NCBI GenBank assembly: GCA_016781505.1
Contig: JADDQF010000064.1
Coordinates: 3,292 to 67,291 of the forward strand
Reading direction: 5' to 3'
Source: a bacterium
GTDB lineage: Bacteria > Chloroflexota > Chloroflexia > Chloroflexales > Kallotenuaceae
Length of the DNA stretch: 64,000 bases
The translations under genes and the position numbers were made by a program. Positions within the stretch are counted from its first letter, which is position 1. Every line of letters begins with the position of its first letter. Shown piece after piece: positions 10,372 to 19,866 of the stretch. The notes beneath the pieces are model-generated. The model saw only the letters and a list, made by a program, of their open reading frames with translations, was not told where the DNA came from and searched no databases.

Positions 10372-10424
10372 AACTGGCGCTACGTTGCGCTGTAACCGTA
10401 AGCCTTCTTCGGCTGGAGGGCGAC

Positions 10425-10473
10425 GACAAGCCCCGTGAAGGACGCTCGCAATCTCTTCACGGGGCTTGTCTTT
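10425..10473. terminator. Intrinsic terminator between convergent lon and SH3 genes
   Basis: Perfect 16-bp stem GACAAGCCCCGTGAAG/CTTCACGGGGCTTGTC followed by TTT. Confidence 0.8.
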
Positions 10474-10521
10474 GTAGATTCTGGCTGGTTTGTCAGACGC
10501 GGGACCCGGATCGGGCACCGG

Positions 10522-11268
10522 TTATTGCGCTGGTTGCAGATAATCGGCGGCTACCCAGCCATCCCCAAACTGTTCGGTACGTACTTGGCGCCACTTGCGG
10601 GTGCCGTCGTCAAACTCCTGTCCCAGATCTTGGACGCGCGTTCCTTCGGGTAACGTTCCCAAAATATTCCCAGGATCGACCACATGATCTCGCCGCAGGA
10701 AGAGTCCTTCGGTGGCGGTTCCGGTCACCACGAACGCGCCGCCCGGTGCCGGCGGCTGGGCAGGATCGCTCTTTGGTACGTTCGGCACCGGCTCTGGCGC
10801 GGTGCCCAGCTCGGGAGCTGCGGATGCCACTGGCTCTTGGTTCAGGAGCGGACCGCCGATAACTGCTTCCTGTGAGGCAAACGGAGCTGCCGCGTCGTCG
10901 GATGCCGCTGAGTTGCCCATGCGGTTGTACAACGAGAAGAGCGCGATCAACAGCAAAATACCCAGGGCTACACCGCCGATGGTCCACAGCTTACGCGAAT
11001 TGTTGGGATCGGCAGCCCAGGTGCCGAGCTGCTGCGTGGAAAACGACCCGCCCATCTGGCGCTGCTTACGGGCTTCCGAGCGACCAGAAAAGTTGGTGTC
11101 GACCACGGTTTGCTGGTCGAAAATGGAACCGCTGCGGTCTGAGTCAAGCGGCTCGGTTGGTGTTTGGCGGCGTGAGCGATTCAGGCGTATGTTATCGGCT
11201 AAAGGATTATCGCCGCCATTGGCATCTGGATCTGGATCTGGCGCATTCGGTCGTCTCGACCAGCCCAT
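10522..11268 (-). CDS. Single-TM protein with Pro-rich linker and C-terminal SH3b-like domain
   Basis: AGGAG RBS before ATG 11268. TM IGGVALGILLLIALF. Tail GLFLRR..ILGTLPEGTRV..WRQVR..GWVAADYL. Confidence 0.75.
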   Translation of the reverse strand: MGWSRRPNAPDPDPDANGGDNPLADNIRLNRSRRQTPTEPLDSDRSGSIFDQQTVVDTNFSGRSEARKQRQMGGSFSTQQLGTWAADPNNSRKLWTIGGVALGILLLIALFSLYNRMGNSAASDDAAAPFASQEAVIGGPLLNQEPVASAAPELGTAPEPVPNVPKSDPAQPPAPGGAFVVTGTATEGLFLRRDHVVDPGNILGTLPEGTRVQDLGQEFDDGTRKWRQVRTEQFGDGWVAADYLQPAQ

Positions 11269-11349
11269 TGTCGCGCTCCTTTCATCGTTGTAAATGAGTG
11301 CTACAGGCCAACCCTGGGTGTGCTCAAGATCGATCTGCGGTACACTTCG

Positions 11350-11400
11350 ATCATACCATGAGCCACCAAATTCATTCAAGTATAAAACATATGTTCTATA
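11350..11400 (-). promoter_or_regulatory. Sigma-70 promoter with adjacent LexA-box-like palindrome
   Basis: TTGAAT (11379-11374), N18, TATGAT (11355-11350, preceded by TGG). 20-bp palindrome TATAGAACATATGTTTTATA at 11400-11381 with one mismatch. Confidence 0.6.
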
Positions 11401-11485
11401 TTTGACAACACTTAACGTTGGGGGCGAGCGATGCAACATCGCCGTGTGTGCCAGCGTCATATAGCCCATGCAAAAGGAGTTCGCC

Positions 11486-12007
11486 ATGCACCCACGACTC
11501 ACTCGCACGCATACCGACCGAATGATTGCGGGCGTATGTGGCGGGCTGGGGCAATATTTTGGTGTTGATCCGGTTATCGTGCGCTTGATCTTTGTGGTCC
11601 TGGCCGTTACAACAATGGTCACTCCATTCATTTATCCGCTGTTATGGCTGGTTATGCCCGGCAGCGGATCATCGACGTTGCCTCCCACCAACGCTCAAGC
11701 AGGAGCGTCAATACCACTGCCGCCCGGTGCCCGCTTCGATCCGCTCACGGGTCAGCCCTTGCCGCCTCCAGCTGTGGGTCGCACAACGTCGTTGCGTGAG
11801 CCGGAATCAACCCCGTCCCCCAATGCCGCTCCGAACAACCGCAACCGCACGCTCGGCCTGTTGCTGATGGGCATAGGCGGCATGATCCTGTTCAACAATG
11901 TCGGCGAGGCGCTTGACCGGATCTTCGGTATCGATTTGTCAGGTATCATCTTTCCGATCTTGCTGGTCGGTCTGGGCGTGTACCTGCTACGACGTAGAAC
12001 AACATAA
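11486..12007 (+). CDS. PspC domain membrane protein with C-terminal Lia-type TM pair
   Basis: RLTRTHTDRMIAGVCGGLGQYFGVDPVIVRL is the PspC signature. AAGGAG RBS. Confidence 0.88.
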   Translation: MHPRLTRTHTDRMIAGVCGGLGQYFGVDPVIVRLIFVVLAVTTMVTPFIYPLLWLVMPGSGSSTLPPTNAQAGASIPLPPGARFDPLTGQPLPPPAVGRTTSLREPESTPSPNAAPNNRNRTLGLLLMGIGGMILFNNVGEALDRIFGIDLSGIIFPILLVGLGVYLLRRRTT

Positions 12008-12015
12008 GGCAGCAT

Positions 12016-12915
12016 ATGTCTGAGCCATCGCCATTGCCGTCGACCGCCGGCGCGGTTCCCAAACGTTCAAACAAACACATCGCCTTGCTGCTCATCGTGG
12101 CCGGCGCAGCTATCTCGTTGCTCAACAGTGGCCCGGTTGGCGCTGTGATCTGGAGCGTGGTGTTTCCCCTTGCGCTGCTCACGGTCGGCGTAGACCTGAT
12201 CACGCAGGGCCGCGAACGGCGGCGAATCGCCGTCGCTGCGTTAATTGCTGCCGCGGCGCTTGCTCCACTTATTGGCGCGGCTCAGCTCGTCGAACCGCAA
12301 CGGCCGGAAAAGGTTGCTTCCCTGCGGCGGCAAAACCAGATCGGTTCGATCACCAACGCTGAGCTTGTACAGGCGCAAGTCCAACTAACCGCGGGTCACT
12401 TACGCATCGAGGCGCTGGACGACGAGAGCGATGCGCTTGTGGCGGTGGGTTCGGATGGGAAGGTGACCCATTCCCTATCACAAGCACGCCAAACAGCAAT
12501 GGTCGACATCGAGCACCCGTTCAATGTCGGTGAACTTGATTTGAGGGTGACCCGGCGCCTTCCGGTCGAACTATCCATCAAGATGGGCTCCGGCAACCTT
12601 GCGCCGATCGACCTGGAGGATATCCTGCTGGCAAAGCTGGCAATCGAGCAGACTACCGGCAATCTAGACCTTAAGTTGCCGAATGACGGGATCATCGATG
12701 TGACTCTTGCGAATGAGTTCGGCGATGTCGAGGTCGAGGTACCGGAAGAGCTTGCGGCCAGGATCGAGGTGAACGCGAAGTTTGGTGACGTCGATGTGGA
12801 TGATCGCTTCGCGCTCAAGGACGGCGCGTACGTCTCGGATAACTACCGTGAAGACGCGCCGAACCGAGCCACAATCCGGATCAACAAAACGGCCGGCAAT
12901 GTCGAGATCCGTTAG
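12016..12915 (+). CDS. LiaF/LiaG-like envelope-stress membrane protein with beta-strand-repeat domain
   Basis: N-terminal TMs, then repeated G-N/D-hydrophobic strands (GNLDLKLP, GDVEVEVP, GNVEIR). Starts 8 nt after the PspC gene. Confidence 0.6.
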   Translation: MSEPSPLPSTAGAVPKRSNKHIALLLIVAGAAISLLNSGPVGAVIWSVVFPLALLTVGVDLITQGRERRRIAVAALIAAAALAPLIGAAQLVEPQRPEKVASLRRQNQIGSITNAELVQAQVQLTAGHLRIEALDDESDALVAVGSDGKVTHSLSQARQTAMVDIEHPFNVGELDLRVTRRLPVELSIKMGSGNLAPIDLEDILLAKLAIEQTTGNLDLKLPNDGIIDVTLANEFGDVEVEVPEELAARIEVNAKFGDVDVDDRFALKDGAYVSDNYREDAPNRATIRINKTAGNVEIR

Positions 12916-14190
12916 CTAAACCTGTTTGCCTCGCTCCAGCGCAACAATGCTTTCGACATGGTGGGTGTGTGGAAACATGTCGATGATTTCGGCGCTGGTA
13001 ATGCGGTAACCAGCTCCCGCAAGCTGTTTGCAATCACGCGCGAGCGTGCCGGGATGACATGAAACGTACACAATGCGCTCGGGTGCGTGTGCCACCAGAG
13101 CGTTCAAAACCTCCGGCGTGCAGCCGCGGCGTGGCGGGTCAAGCGCTACCCGATCATACTGCTCCGGATGGCTCGCCAACACCTGCTCGACGCTGCCGAT
13201 CGCGAAGCGGGCATTGCCGATCTGGTTGAGCGTGGCACTGCGCCGCGCATCTTTGATCGCGGGCGCCCACTCTTCGATGCCAAACACTTCGGCCACGTCG
13301 GCGGCCAACGACAGCGCAAACAGCCCCACGCCGCAGTACAGATCAAGCAGCCGCGTTGAGTCCGTCACAGCCAACAGGCTGCGTACCCGCGCAACCATCC
13401 GCTGTACTGCAAGGTAATTTACCTGAAAGAATGAGCTGGCAGATACATGAAACCGTACATCGCCGACGAGCTGCTCGATCCCGTCGTGTCCGTCGAGGGT
13501 GCGGCGTGAAACCGCGTGAGTCACGCCCACCAGCCGGGGGTAGGCCTGCCGCCAGCGTTGTGCCAGCTCATGCGTTGCTCCCTTTCCATCCAAGGTCGCC
13601 AGCAGCTGGCCGGTGCTGGGGCTGCAGCGGAGGGTCACGCCGCGTAGTCCAGCATCGCGTCCAAGCAACGGACGAAGGGCGGCCAGCGCAGCGTTGATCA
13701 GCGGATGATGGAGGCAACACGCCGGGATATCGACTACGCGCCGCGTCCCCGGCACGAAATATCCGATCTGGCCGCCGGCCACATGTAGCTCGGCGCTGGT
13801 CCGGTACGCAAGGGTCGTTTGCGGATCGGCGACCACTTCGGGTGCAGCGACAGCCACGTCCAATCCCGCTAAATGTTGCAGCTGCTCCCGCAGAATATCG
13901 GCCTTGAAGCGCCGCTGCGCCGTCGGTTCGATCCACCGCCAGTCCGCGCCACCACAGTGTTGCTCCAATGCACAAAAGGACGGCACCCGCTCCGGCGCGG
14001 GATTGCTAACATCGGTTACTCGGCCGCGTGCGAACGCTTTTTGCCGCTCATGCAGTCGGACGTGTACATGTTCGGTTGGTAAGCCGCCGCTGGCAAATAC
14101 GGCGCGGCCTTGCCAGCGGCCCACCGCGTCGCCCCCCTGCGCCATGGCGTGCAGCTCAAGCTCGATGTCGTCAGGCCATTGTGTGCTCAT
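12916..14190 (-). CDS. rlmD: 23S rRNA (uracil-C5)-methyltransferase, RlmD/RumA family
   Basis: TRAM-like N-terminus, C..CGG, SFFQVN, DLYCGVG, LDPPRRG, YVSCHPGTLARD, DMFPHTHHVE. Confidence 0.92.
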   Translation of the reverse strand: MSTQWPDDIELELHAMAQGGDAVGRWQGRAVFASGGLPTEHVHVRLHERQKAFARGRVTDVSNPAPERVPSFCALEQHCGGADWRWIEPTAQRRFKADILREQLQHLAGLDVAVAAPEVVADPQTTLAYRTSAELHVAGGQIGYFVPGTRRVVDIPACCLHHPLINAALAALRPLLGRDAGLRGVTLRCSPSTGQLLATLDGKGATHELAQRWRQAYPRLVGVTHAVSRRTLDGHDGIEQLVGDVRFHVSASSFFQVNYLAVQRMVARVRSLLAVTDSTRLLDLYCGVGLFALSLAADVAEVFGIEEWAPAIKDARRSATLNQIGNARFAIGSVEQVLASHPEQYDRVALDPPRRGCTPEVLNALVAHAPERIVYVSCHPGTLARDCKQLAGAGYRITSAEIIDMFPHTHHVESIVALERGKQV

Positions 14191-14427
14191 TGCCTATGCC
14201 TCATCTGTGTGGATCGTGTTTCGATTTATTGTAGCTAGGCGGCTGATCCAGCGCCAATGGGTCGAGTTGGCATATTTTGTGCTACCGTTTGGAGAACCCC
14301 ACGCAACGTGTCGCACGCAGCGGGTCGTGTAGCGAGGATCGTTCAAGTATGCGACAATTCGCGTATCACCAGGCCTTGGCTGATAGCAGCCGGTGTGGGT
14401 CATACAATGAGCAAGAGGAGTTTTTCC

Positions 14428-15492
14428 GTGCCAAAATTTGGCGATATAACCAATGTGTGGAGCACGGTTCGCGAGCTGAACGTCGGCGATATTCGAGATA
14501 GCGCCAACCAGCCGGTGTCGATCGCCGTCATTGGCGCTCCCGAGCTGCGCAGTGCGATTACGCAAGCCTTGTACACTGGGCCAAGTCGTTACCCGGCAGC
14601 TCAGGGCGTTACCATCAACGAGTACGACATGCCAGTGCCACGTGACCGGCAAAGCGAGCTTAGTCGAGCCGATCTGGCGATCCTCGTTCTCAATGCTCAG
14701 AGCAGAATAGGCGCCGACGTGATCGCCGCGGCTGACAAATTGTCGATGCTGTCATGTCCGCGGCTGCTGGTGCTGGTGGGCGCCGAGCAGCTCCCGACAG
14801 TTGCGGGCGATGCGACCTGGTACCTGGCGGGCATGACGCAGGTTTTTGTGCCCGACACCCAACCCGATACCCTCGCCAAACAGCTCGTGCCGGTGGTTGT
14901 GGATAGCTTGCCGGAGGATCTACGGATTGCCGCAGCGCGCAAGTTGCCGGGTTTACGCGATGGCGTTGGGCGTTGGCTGGTCGGCGATGTTTCCTTTTCC
15001 AATGCCTCGTTCGCGCTGACCTCGGGGCTACCGGAGATGGTGCCGCTGCTGAATATTCCGCTGAATGCGGCGGATATGCTGGTGCTGACCAAGAATCAGG
15101 CGTTGTTGGTGTATAAGCTGGCCCTGGCGTTTGGTGCGCCGCCCGATTTTCAAGCGCAGATGCGGGAAGTGCTGCCCGTAATCGGCAGCGGCTTTATGTG
15201 GCGACAGGCTGCGCGGCAGCTGGTTGGCCTGATCCCCGGCTTTGGTATTCTGCCCAAGGTGGCCGTCGCCTACGCGGGTACGTATGCCACAGGACAGGCC
15301 GCTGTGCTCTGGTATCGCAACGGCGAGCGGGTCTCCGGCGACGCGCTCAGCAGTCTGTACAAGCAAGCGATCGAGATTGGTCGGCAGCGCGCCCGCGAGC
15401 TGCTCCAGCGCCGCCAGCAGCAGCCACCGGCAACCGGCGAAACGAGACGCATGACGCCGCCGGCGCGGTGGTGGCAGCGCTTCCGCCGTTAA
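14428..15492 (+). CDS. Conserved hypothetical protein, DUF697/YcjF-like C-terminal region
   Basis: GTG start after GAGGAG, with TACAAT at 14403-14408. Contains ADMLVLTKNQ..LA..FG and LIPGFG..VAVAYAGTYATG. Confidence 0.65.
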   Translation: MPKFGDITNVWSTVRELNVGDIRDSANQPVSIAVIGAPELRSAITQALYTGPSRYPAAQGVTINEYDMPVPRDRQSELSRADLAILVLNAQSRIGADVIAAADKLSMLSCPRLLVLVGAEQLPTVAGDATWYLAGMTQVFVPDTQPDTLAKQLVPVVVDSLPEDLRIAAARKLPGLRDGVGRWLVGDVSFSNASFALTSGLPEMVPLLNIPLNAADMLVLTKNQALLVYKLALAFGAPPDFQAQMREVLPVIGSGFMWRQAARQLVGLIPGFGILPKVAVAYAGTYATGQAAVLWYRNGERVSGDALSSLYKQAIEIGRQRARELLQRRQQQPPATGETRRMTPPARWWQRFRR

Positions 15493-15576
15493 CATTCCGC
15501 CCCGCAAACTCGACTATAATGCCCACGCGTTGTCAGGCGCTGACCGCGTGGGCTTTGCATGTCGAGGAGAGGACGC

Positions 15577-16857
15577 ATGGACTATTTCGTGATCGAAGGT
15601 GGCCAACGGCTCAACGGCACGATCACGCCGGTTGGTAATAAAAACGCTGCGCTGCCGTTGCTGGCCGCAGCGCTGCTTACAGACGAGCCGCTAACGCTCC
15701 ATAACGTGCCCGACATTGGCGATGTCCGGACCAAGCTCGATCTGCTGCGTGCGCTGGGCGTCGAGTGTACCGCCCTTGGGCGCGGCAGCTGGCGTTTGGT
15801 TGCCAAGGCCGTGGGCGACCGCGAACCAGACGTTGAGCTTGGCCGCCGGATCCGCACTGCTCCGCTCCTGGCCGGGCCGCTCCTCGCCCGCCGCGGTTTT
15901 GTCACCGTGCCGCGGCCAGGCGGCGACCGGATCGGCCGTCGTCGGCTTGATACCCATTTCCAAGCCTTGCAAGCGCTGGGCGCCGAGATCGCCGTCGAGA
16001 ACGACCGCTACCGTCTCACCAGCGGCGAGCTGAGTGGCGCCGACATCTTTTTGGACGAGATGAGCGTAACCGGCACCGAGCAGGCGATCATGGCTGCGTC
16101 GCTCGCCGAAGGCACCACCATCATTCGTAACGCCGCATCCGAGCCGCATGTGCAGGACGTGTGTAAGTGCCTTAACGCCATGGGCGCGCGCATCAGCGGC
16201 ATCGGCACCGATACCCTGACGATTCAAGGTGTGTCGAGCCTGCGTGGCGCGGAATATACCATCGGCCCGGATTTTATGGAGGTCGGCTCATTCATCGGCT
16301 TGGCGGCGGCGACCGGAAGCGCGCTGCGGATCAAAAATGCGCGGCCCGAAGAGCATCGCATGACGCGCATCACCTTCAATAAGCTGGGTGTGACGTGGCA
16401 GGACGACGGCGCTGATATTGTCGTGCCCGCCGAGCAAGAGCTGGTTGTGCAGGCCGACCTGCATGGCGCGATCCCCAAGATCGATGATCGACCCTGGCCA
16501 GGCTTTCCGACCGACCTGATGAGTATCATTCTGGTGGTGGCAACCCAGGCGCAGGGAACGGTGCTGATCCACGAGTGGATGTTTGAAAACCGACTCTTCT
16601 TTGTTGACCGCCTCATCAGCATGGGCGCTGGCGTTGTGCTGTGTGATCCTCACCGCGCGGTCGTGGTCGGACCAGCCAAGCTGCACGGCGAAACGTTGAT
16701 CAGCCCGGATATTCGTGCGGGCATGGCCTTGTTGATCGCGGCCCTCGCGGCCGAGGGACAAAGCATCATCCAAAACATCGGGCAGATCGACCGGGGCTAC
16801 GAGCGAATTGAAGAGCGGCTGCGTACACTTGGAGCACATATTGAACGTCGTGCATAG
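15577..16857 (+). CDS. murA: UDP-N-acetylglucosamine 1-carboxyvinyltransferase
   Basis: [17 protein letters not shown] active-site loop, [26 protein letters not shown]. Confidence 0.95.
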   Translation: MDYFVIEGGQRLNGTITPVGNKNAALPLLAAALLTDEPLTLHNVPDIGDVRTKLDLLRALGVECTALGRGSWRLVAKAVGDREPDVELGRRIRTAPLLAGPLLARRGFVTVPRPGGDRIGRRRLDTHFQALQALGAEIAVENDRYRLTSGELSGADIFLDEMSVTGTEQAIMAASLAEGTTIIRNAASEPHVQDVCKCLNAMGARISGIGTDTLTIQGVSSLRGAEYTIGPDFMEVGSFIGLAAATGSALRIKNARPEEHRMTRITFNKLGVTWQDDGADIVVPAEQELVVQADLHGAIPKIDDRPWPGFPTDLMSIILVVATQAQGTVLIHEWMFENRLFFVDRLISMGAGVVLCDPHRAVVVGPAKLHGETLISPDIRAGMALLIAALAAEGQSIIQNIGQIDRGYERIEERLRTLGAHIERRA

Positions 16858-17052
16858 TCCGGGCGGGTACGGATCAGGAGCAGCGTTACGGCATGGCGTT
16901 GCGTCACATGTGTGCCTAGGCTATAATTCACACTGTGGATATGCTGCTTCCCGAAGCTAACCCCCAATCCACGGTATTTTGCGCTGGCGGTATCCTTTTA
17001 GGTCAAGGGGTGGATGCCGCGATATGCCTTGCGTCGGCTAGAAGGAGCACTC

Positions 17053-18438
17053 TTGACTGTGACAGATGAGCAGAAGCAACGAAAGATACTGATTGCCGAT
17101 GATGACGACGGCGTGCGCAATGTGCTGCATGACCTGCTTACGGATGAAGGCTATTGTGTAACCGAGGTCCGCAGCGGAACCGAAGTGCTGACCAAGATTG
17201 CCGGCGGAAACGGCTACGATCTGCTGTTGATGGACGTGCGCATGCCGGGCATCGATGGTCTCGAAGTGCTGGAGCGGCTGCAAAAAAATAACAGCGATCT
17301 GGGCGTCATCATGATTACCGCCCACGCAACCTCGTCGGTGGCGATTCGGGCCATGCAGATGGGCGCGTTTGATCAGCTGCGAAAGCCGTTCGAGGTCGAT
17401 GAAGTGCTGGTCACAGTGCAGCGCTACTTCGAGCATCAAGAGCTGGCCTCCAAGGTCAAAACGCTTGAAAGCCAATCCTTTGATCCGCGCGACCGCATGA
17501 TCGGCTCCGGGCCCGCAATGCAGCGCATCTACAAAACCATCGGCCGGATCGCCGGCAGCGACGCGACGGTGTTGGTCACCGGCGAGACTGGTACGGGCAA
17601 AGAGCTCGTGGCCAACGTTATTCATGCCCACTCGTCGCGGCGTACCGGCCCGCCCATGGTCCGCGTCAACTGTGCGGCCCTGCCGGATACCCTGCTTGAA
17701 AGTGAGCTGTTTGGGCACGAGAAGGGCGCGTTTACCAGCGCGGTATCCCAGCGTAAAGGGCGCTTCGAGTTGGCGAACAAAAGCACCATCTTTTTGGACG
17801 AGGTCGGCGAGCTGTCGCTGACTGCCCAGAAGAAGCTGCTGCGCGTGCTGCAAGAGGGCGAGTTTGAGCGGGTCGGTGGCACTGCTACCATGAAAGTCGA
17901 TGTGCGGGTGATCACGGCCACCAACCGTGACATCGAGGAAGAGGTGCGTAAAGGCAATTTCCGCGAGGATCTGTACTATCGGCTCAACGTGATCAACATT
18001 CATATGCCGTCGCTGCGCGAGCGCCGCGAAGACATTCCGCTGCTGATCGAGCATTTTCTGGATAAATATCGCTACAGCCCGTCGTCGCCGCCATCCCAGA
18101 TTTCGGAAGAAGCGATCAACAAGCTGATCGCCTACGACTGGCCCGGCAATGTACGGCAGCTCGAAAACGAGATGCAGCGGGCGGTTGTGCTGTCGCAGGG
18201 CAAGGTGATTACCAGTGAGCTGTTGTCGCTAGAGCCGGGCACCGCTGCCTTGGCGATTGATATTGCCAGCGCGGTGCGCGAGCGGCGGACGCTGGCGCAG
18301 GTGCTGCGTGATGTTGAGTGTACCATGCTTACCGAGGCTCTCCGTCAGCATGACGGCGATCATGCGGTTGCGGCTGATCGGTTGGGGCTAAGCACCAGAG
18401 CATTTGCGGCCAAACTGAAAGAGCTGGGCATCGAGTAG
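17053..18438 (+). CDS. Sigma-54-dependent NtrC-family response regulator
   Basis: REC (LLMDVRMP), GETGTGKE, ESELFGHEKGAFTSA, FLDEVGE, FREDLYYRLNV, WPGNVRQL, C-terminal HTH. TTG start after AGGAG; start uncertain. Confidence 0.93.
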   Translation: MTVTDEQKQRKILIADDDDGVRNVLHDLLTDEGYCVTEVRSGTEVLTKIAGGNGYDLLLMDVRMPGIDGLEVLERLQKNNSDLGVIMITAHATSSVAIRAMQMGAFDQLRKPFEVDEVLVTVQRYFEHQELASKVKTLESQSFDPRDRMIGSGPAMQRIYKTIGRIAGSDATVLVTGETGTGKELVANVIHAHSSRRTGPPMVRVNCAALPDTLLESELFGHEKGAFTSAVSQRKGRFELANKSTIFLDEVGELSLTAQKKLLRVLQEGEFERVGGTATMKVDVRVITATNRDIEEEVRKGNFREDLYYRLNVINIHMPSLRERREDIPLLIEHFLDKYRYSPSSPPSQISEEAINKLIAYDWPGNVRQLENEMQRAVVLSQGKVITSELLSLEPGTAALAIDIASAVRERRTLAQVLRDVECTMLTEALRQHDGDHAVAADRLGLSTRAFAAKLKELGIE

Positions 18439-18547
18439 CTGGGCGCCGGTGCTAGTCATCTTCCTTGGCGCAGTTCAACGGCTAGCTCTAAACATGTGCT
18501 AGGCCATACAGCTTGCAGGAGTCGGTCGGGCAGGAAAGATAATCCCA

Positions 18548-19774
18548 GTGATTTTGAAACCTCAGTGGCGTGGTCTGCTGATTGTGCTGATCGTGTTTGC
18601 CTTGTTGCTGCGGCAGGGGTTGGCCGTGATGCTCCTGGGGTTGCCGGCCTTGACGCTGCTGTTGGCCGAGCTGTGGAGTCGCTGGGCGCTCCGGCGCATC
18701 GCGTATGAGCGATCCCTGAGCAGCGAACGCGCGCTGGTGGGTGACGAGATCACCCTCACCCTGCGGATCGCGAATCGGAAGCTGCTGGGGCTGCCCAGCC
18801 TGGTGATCGACGAGCTGGTGCCGGACCAGCTCGACTATGGCGCCCAGCGCCTGCTGCCGCATACCCTGCTCAACACCAAGCTGCTCCGCCGCAGCACATC
18901 GCTCCGGCCCTATGAAGCCGTCTCGTGGCAGATCAAGCTGCGCTGTACCAAACGCGGCCTCTTCACCTTCGGCCCGGCCCACCTTACCGCGACCGACGCT
19001 TTTGGCCTGGTGACTCGTGAGCTGGAGCTCGCCCAGCGGACACGCCTTTTGGTCTACCCGGAGCTTGTCAAGCTGCCGAACCTCCGGCTGCGCGCGCAAC
19101 ACCCCGTTGGAGAGCGACGTGCGCCGCGGCAACTCTTGACCGACCCTGCCCGCACCATTGGCGTGCGCGACTATCGCCGTGACGATCCGTTGAAAGCCGT
19201 TCACTGGGGCGCTACCGCTCGCCGCGGCGAGCTGCAAACCCGCATCTTCGAGCCCACTACCAATCTCGACATCGCGATTGTCCTTAATCTGGATACCTTC
19301 GAGCACTACTGGGAAGGCGTCCGCTACGACCAGATCGAATATATGATCAGCGTCGCGGCCGCGGTCGCATCCGAAGCTGCCGGCCAAGGCCTGGGATTCG
19401 GCCTGTACACCAACGGTGCGCCCGCCGACCAGGGCCAGCTGGTGCGTATCCCGCCCGACCGCTCACCTGCGCAGTTGCCCCTGGTGCTGGAGGTGCTCGC
19501 CAAGCTCGTGCCCTATGCCGTAACGCCCTTTCCCAACGTGCTGCGGCGGCTTGGGCCAGCCATGACCTGGGGAACGACGATTGTGTTTATCAGTGCTGTC
19601 CCTTCCGAGGCGCTGCAGATTGCGCTGCTGCGGCTGCAACAACAGCGCGGCCGAATCGTCTGGCTGTATGCTGGAGAAGGCGCCGTGCCGCATGTGCCCG
19701 GTATAGAAGTCGTGCCGCTGCAGACGAACGCCGTATGGGGCCAACGTTCGGGGCGAATCATGCCCCAGTCGTAG
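18548..19774 (+). CDS. DUF58 domain protein
   Basis: N-terminal TMs, RGLFTFGP, DAFGL, LVYP, GVRDYRRDDPLKAVHWGATARRG. Confidence 0.88.
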   Translation: MILKPQWRGLLIVLIVFALLLRQGLAVMLLGLPALTLLLAELWSRWALRRIAYERSLSSERALVGDEITLTLRIANRKLLGLPSLVIDELVPDQLDYGAQRLLPHTLLNTKLLRRSTSLRPYEAVSWQIKLRCTKRGLFTFGPAHLTATDAFGLVTRELELAQRTRLLVYPELVKLPNLRLRAQHPVGERRAPRQLLTDPARTIGVRDYRRDDPLKAVHWGATARRGELQTRIFEPTTNLDIAIVLNLDTFEHYWEGVRYDQIEYMISVAAAVASEAAGQGLGFGLYTNGAPADQGQLVRIPPDRSPAQLPLVLEVLAKLVPYAVTPFPNVLRRLGPAMTWGTTIVFISAVPSEALQIALLRLQQQRGRIVWLYAGEGAVPHVPGIEVVPLQTNAVWGQRSGRIMPQS

Positions 19775-19866
19775 GCATCCTGCCCGCTCCGTGTGGTAGA
19801 ATACACAGCCAGTTATCCACATCCTGCAGCACTTTCGCCCTGCTGCTGCTTCGCAAAGCTCATACG

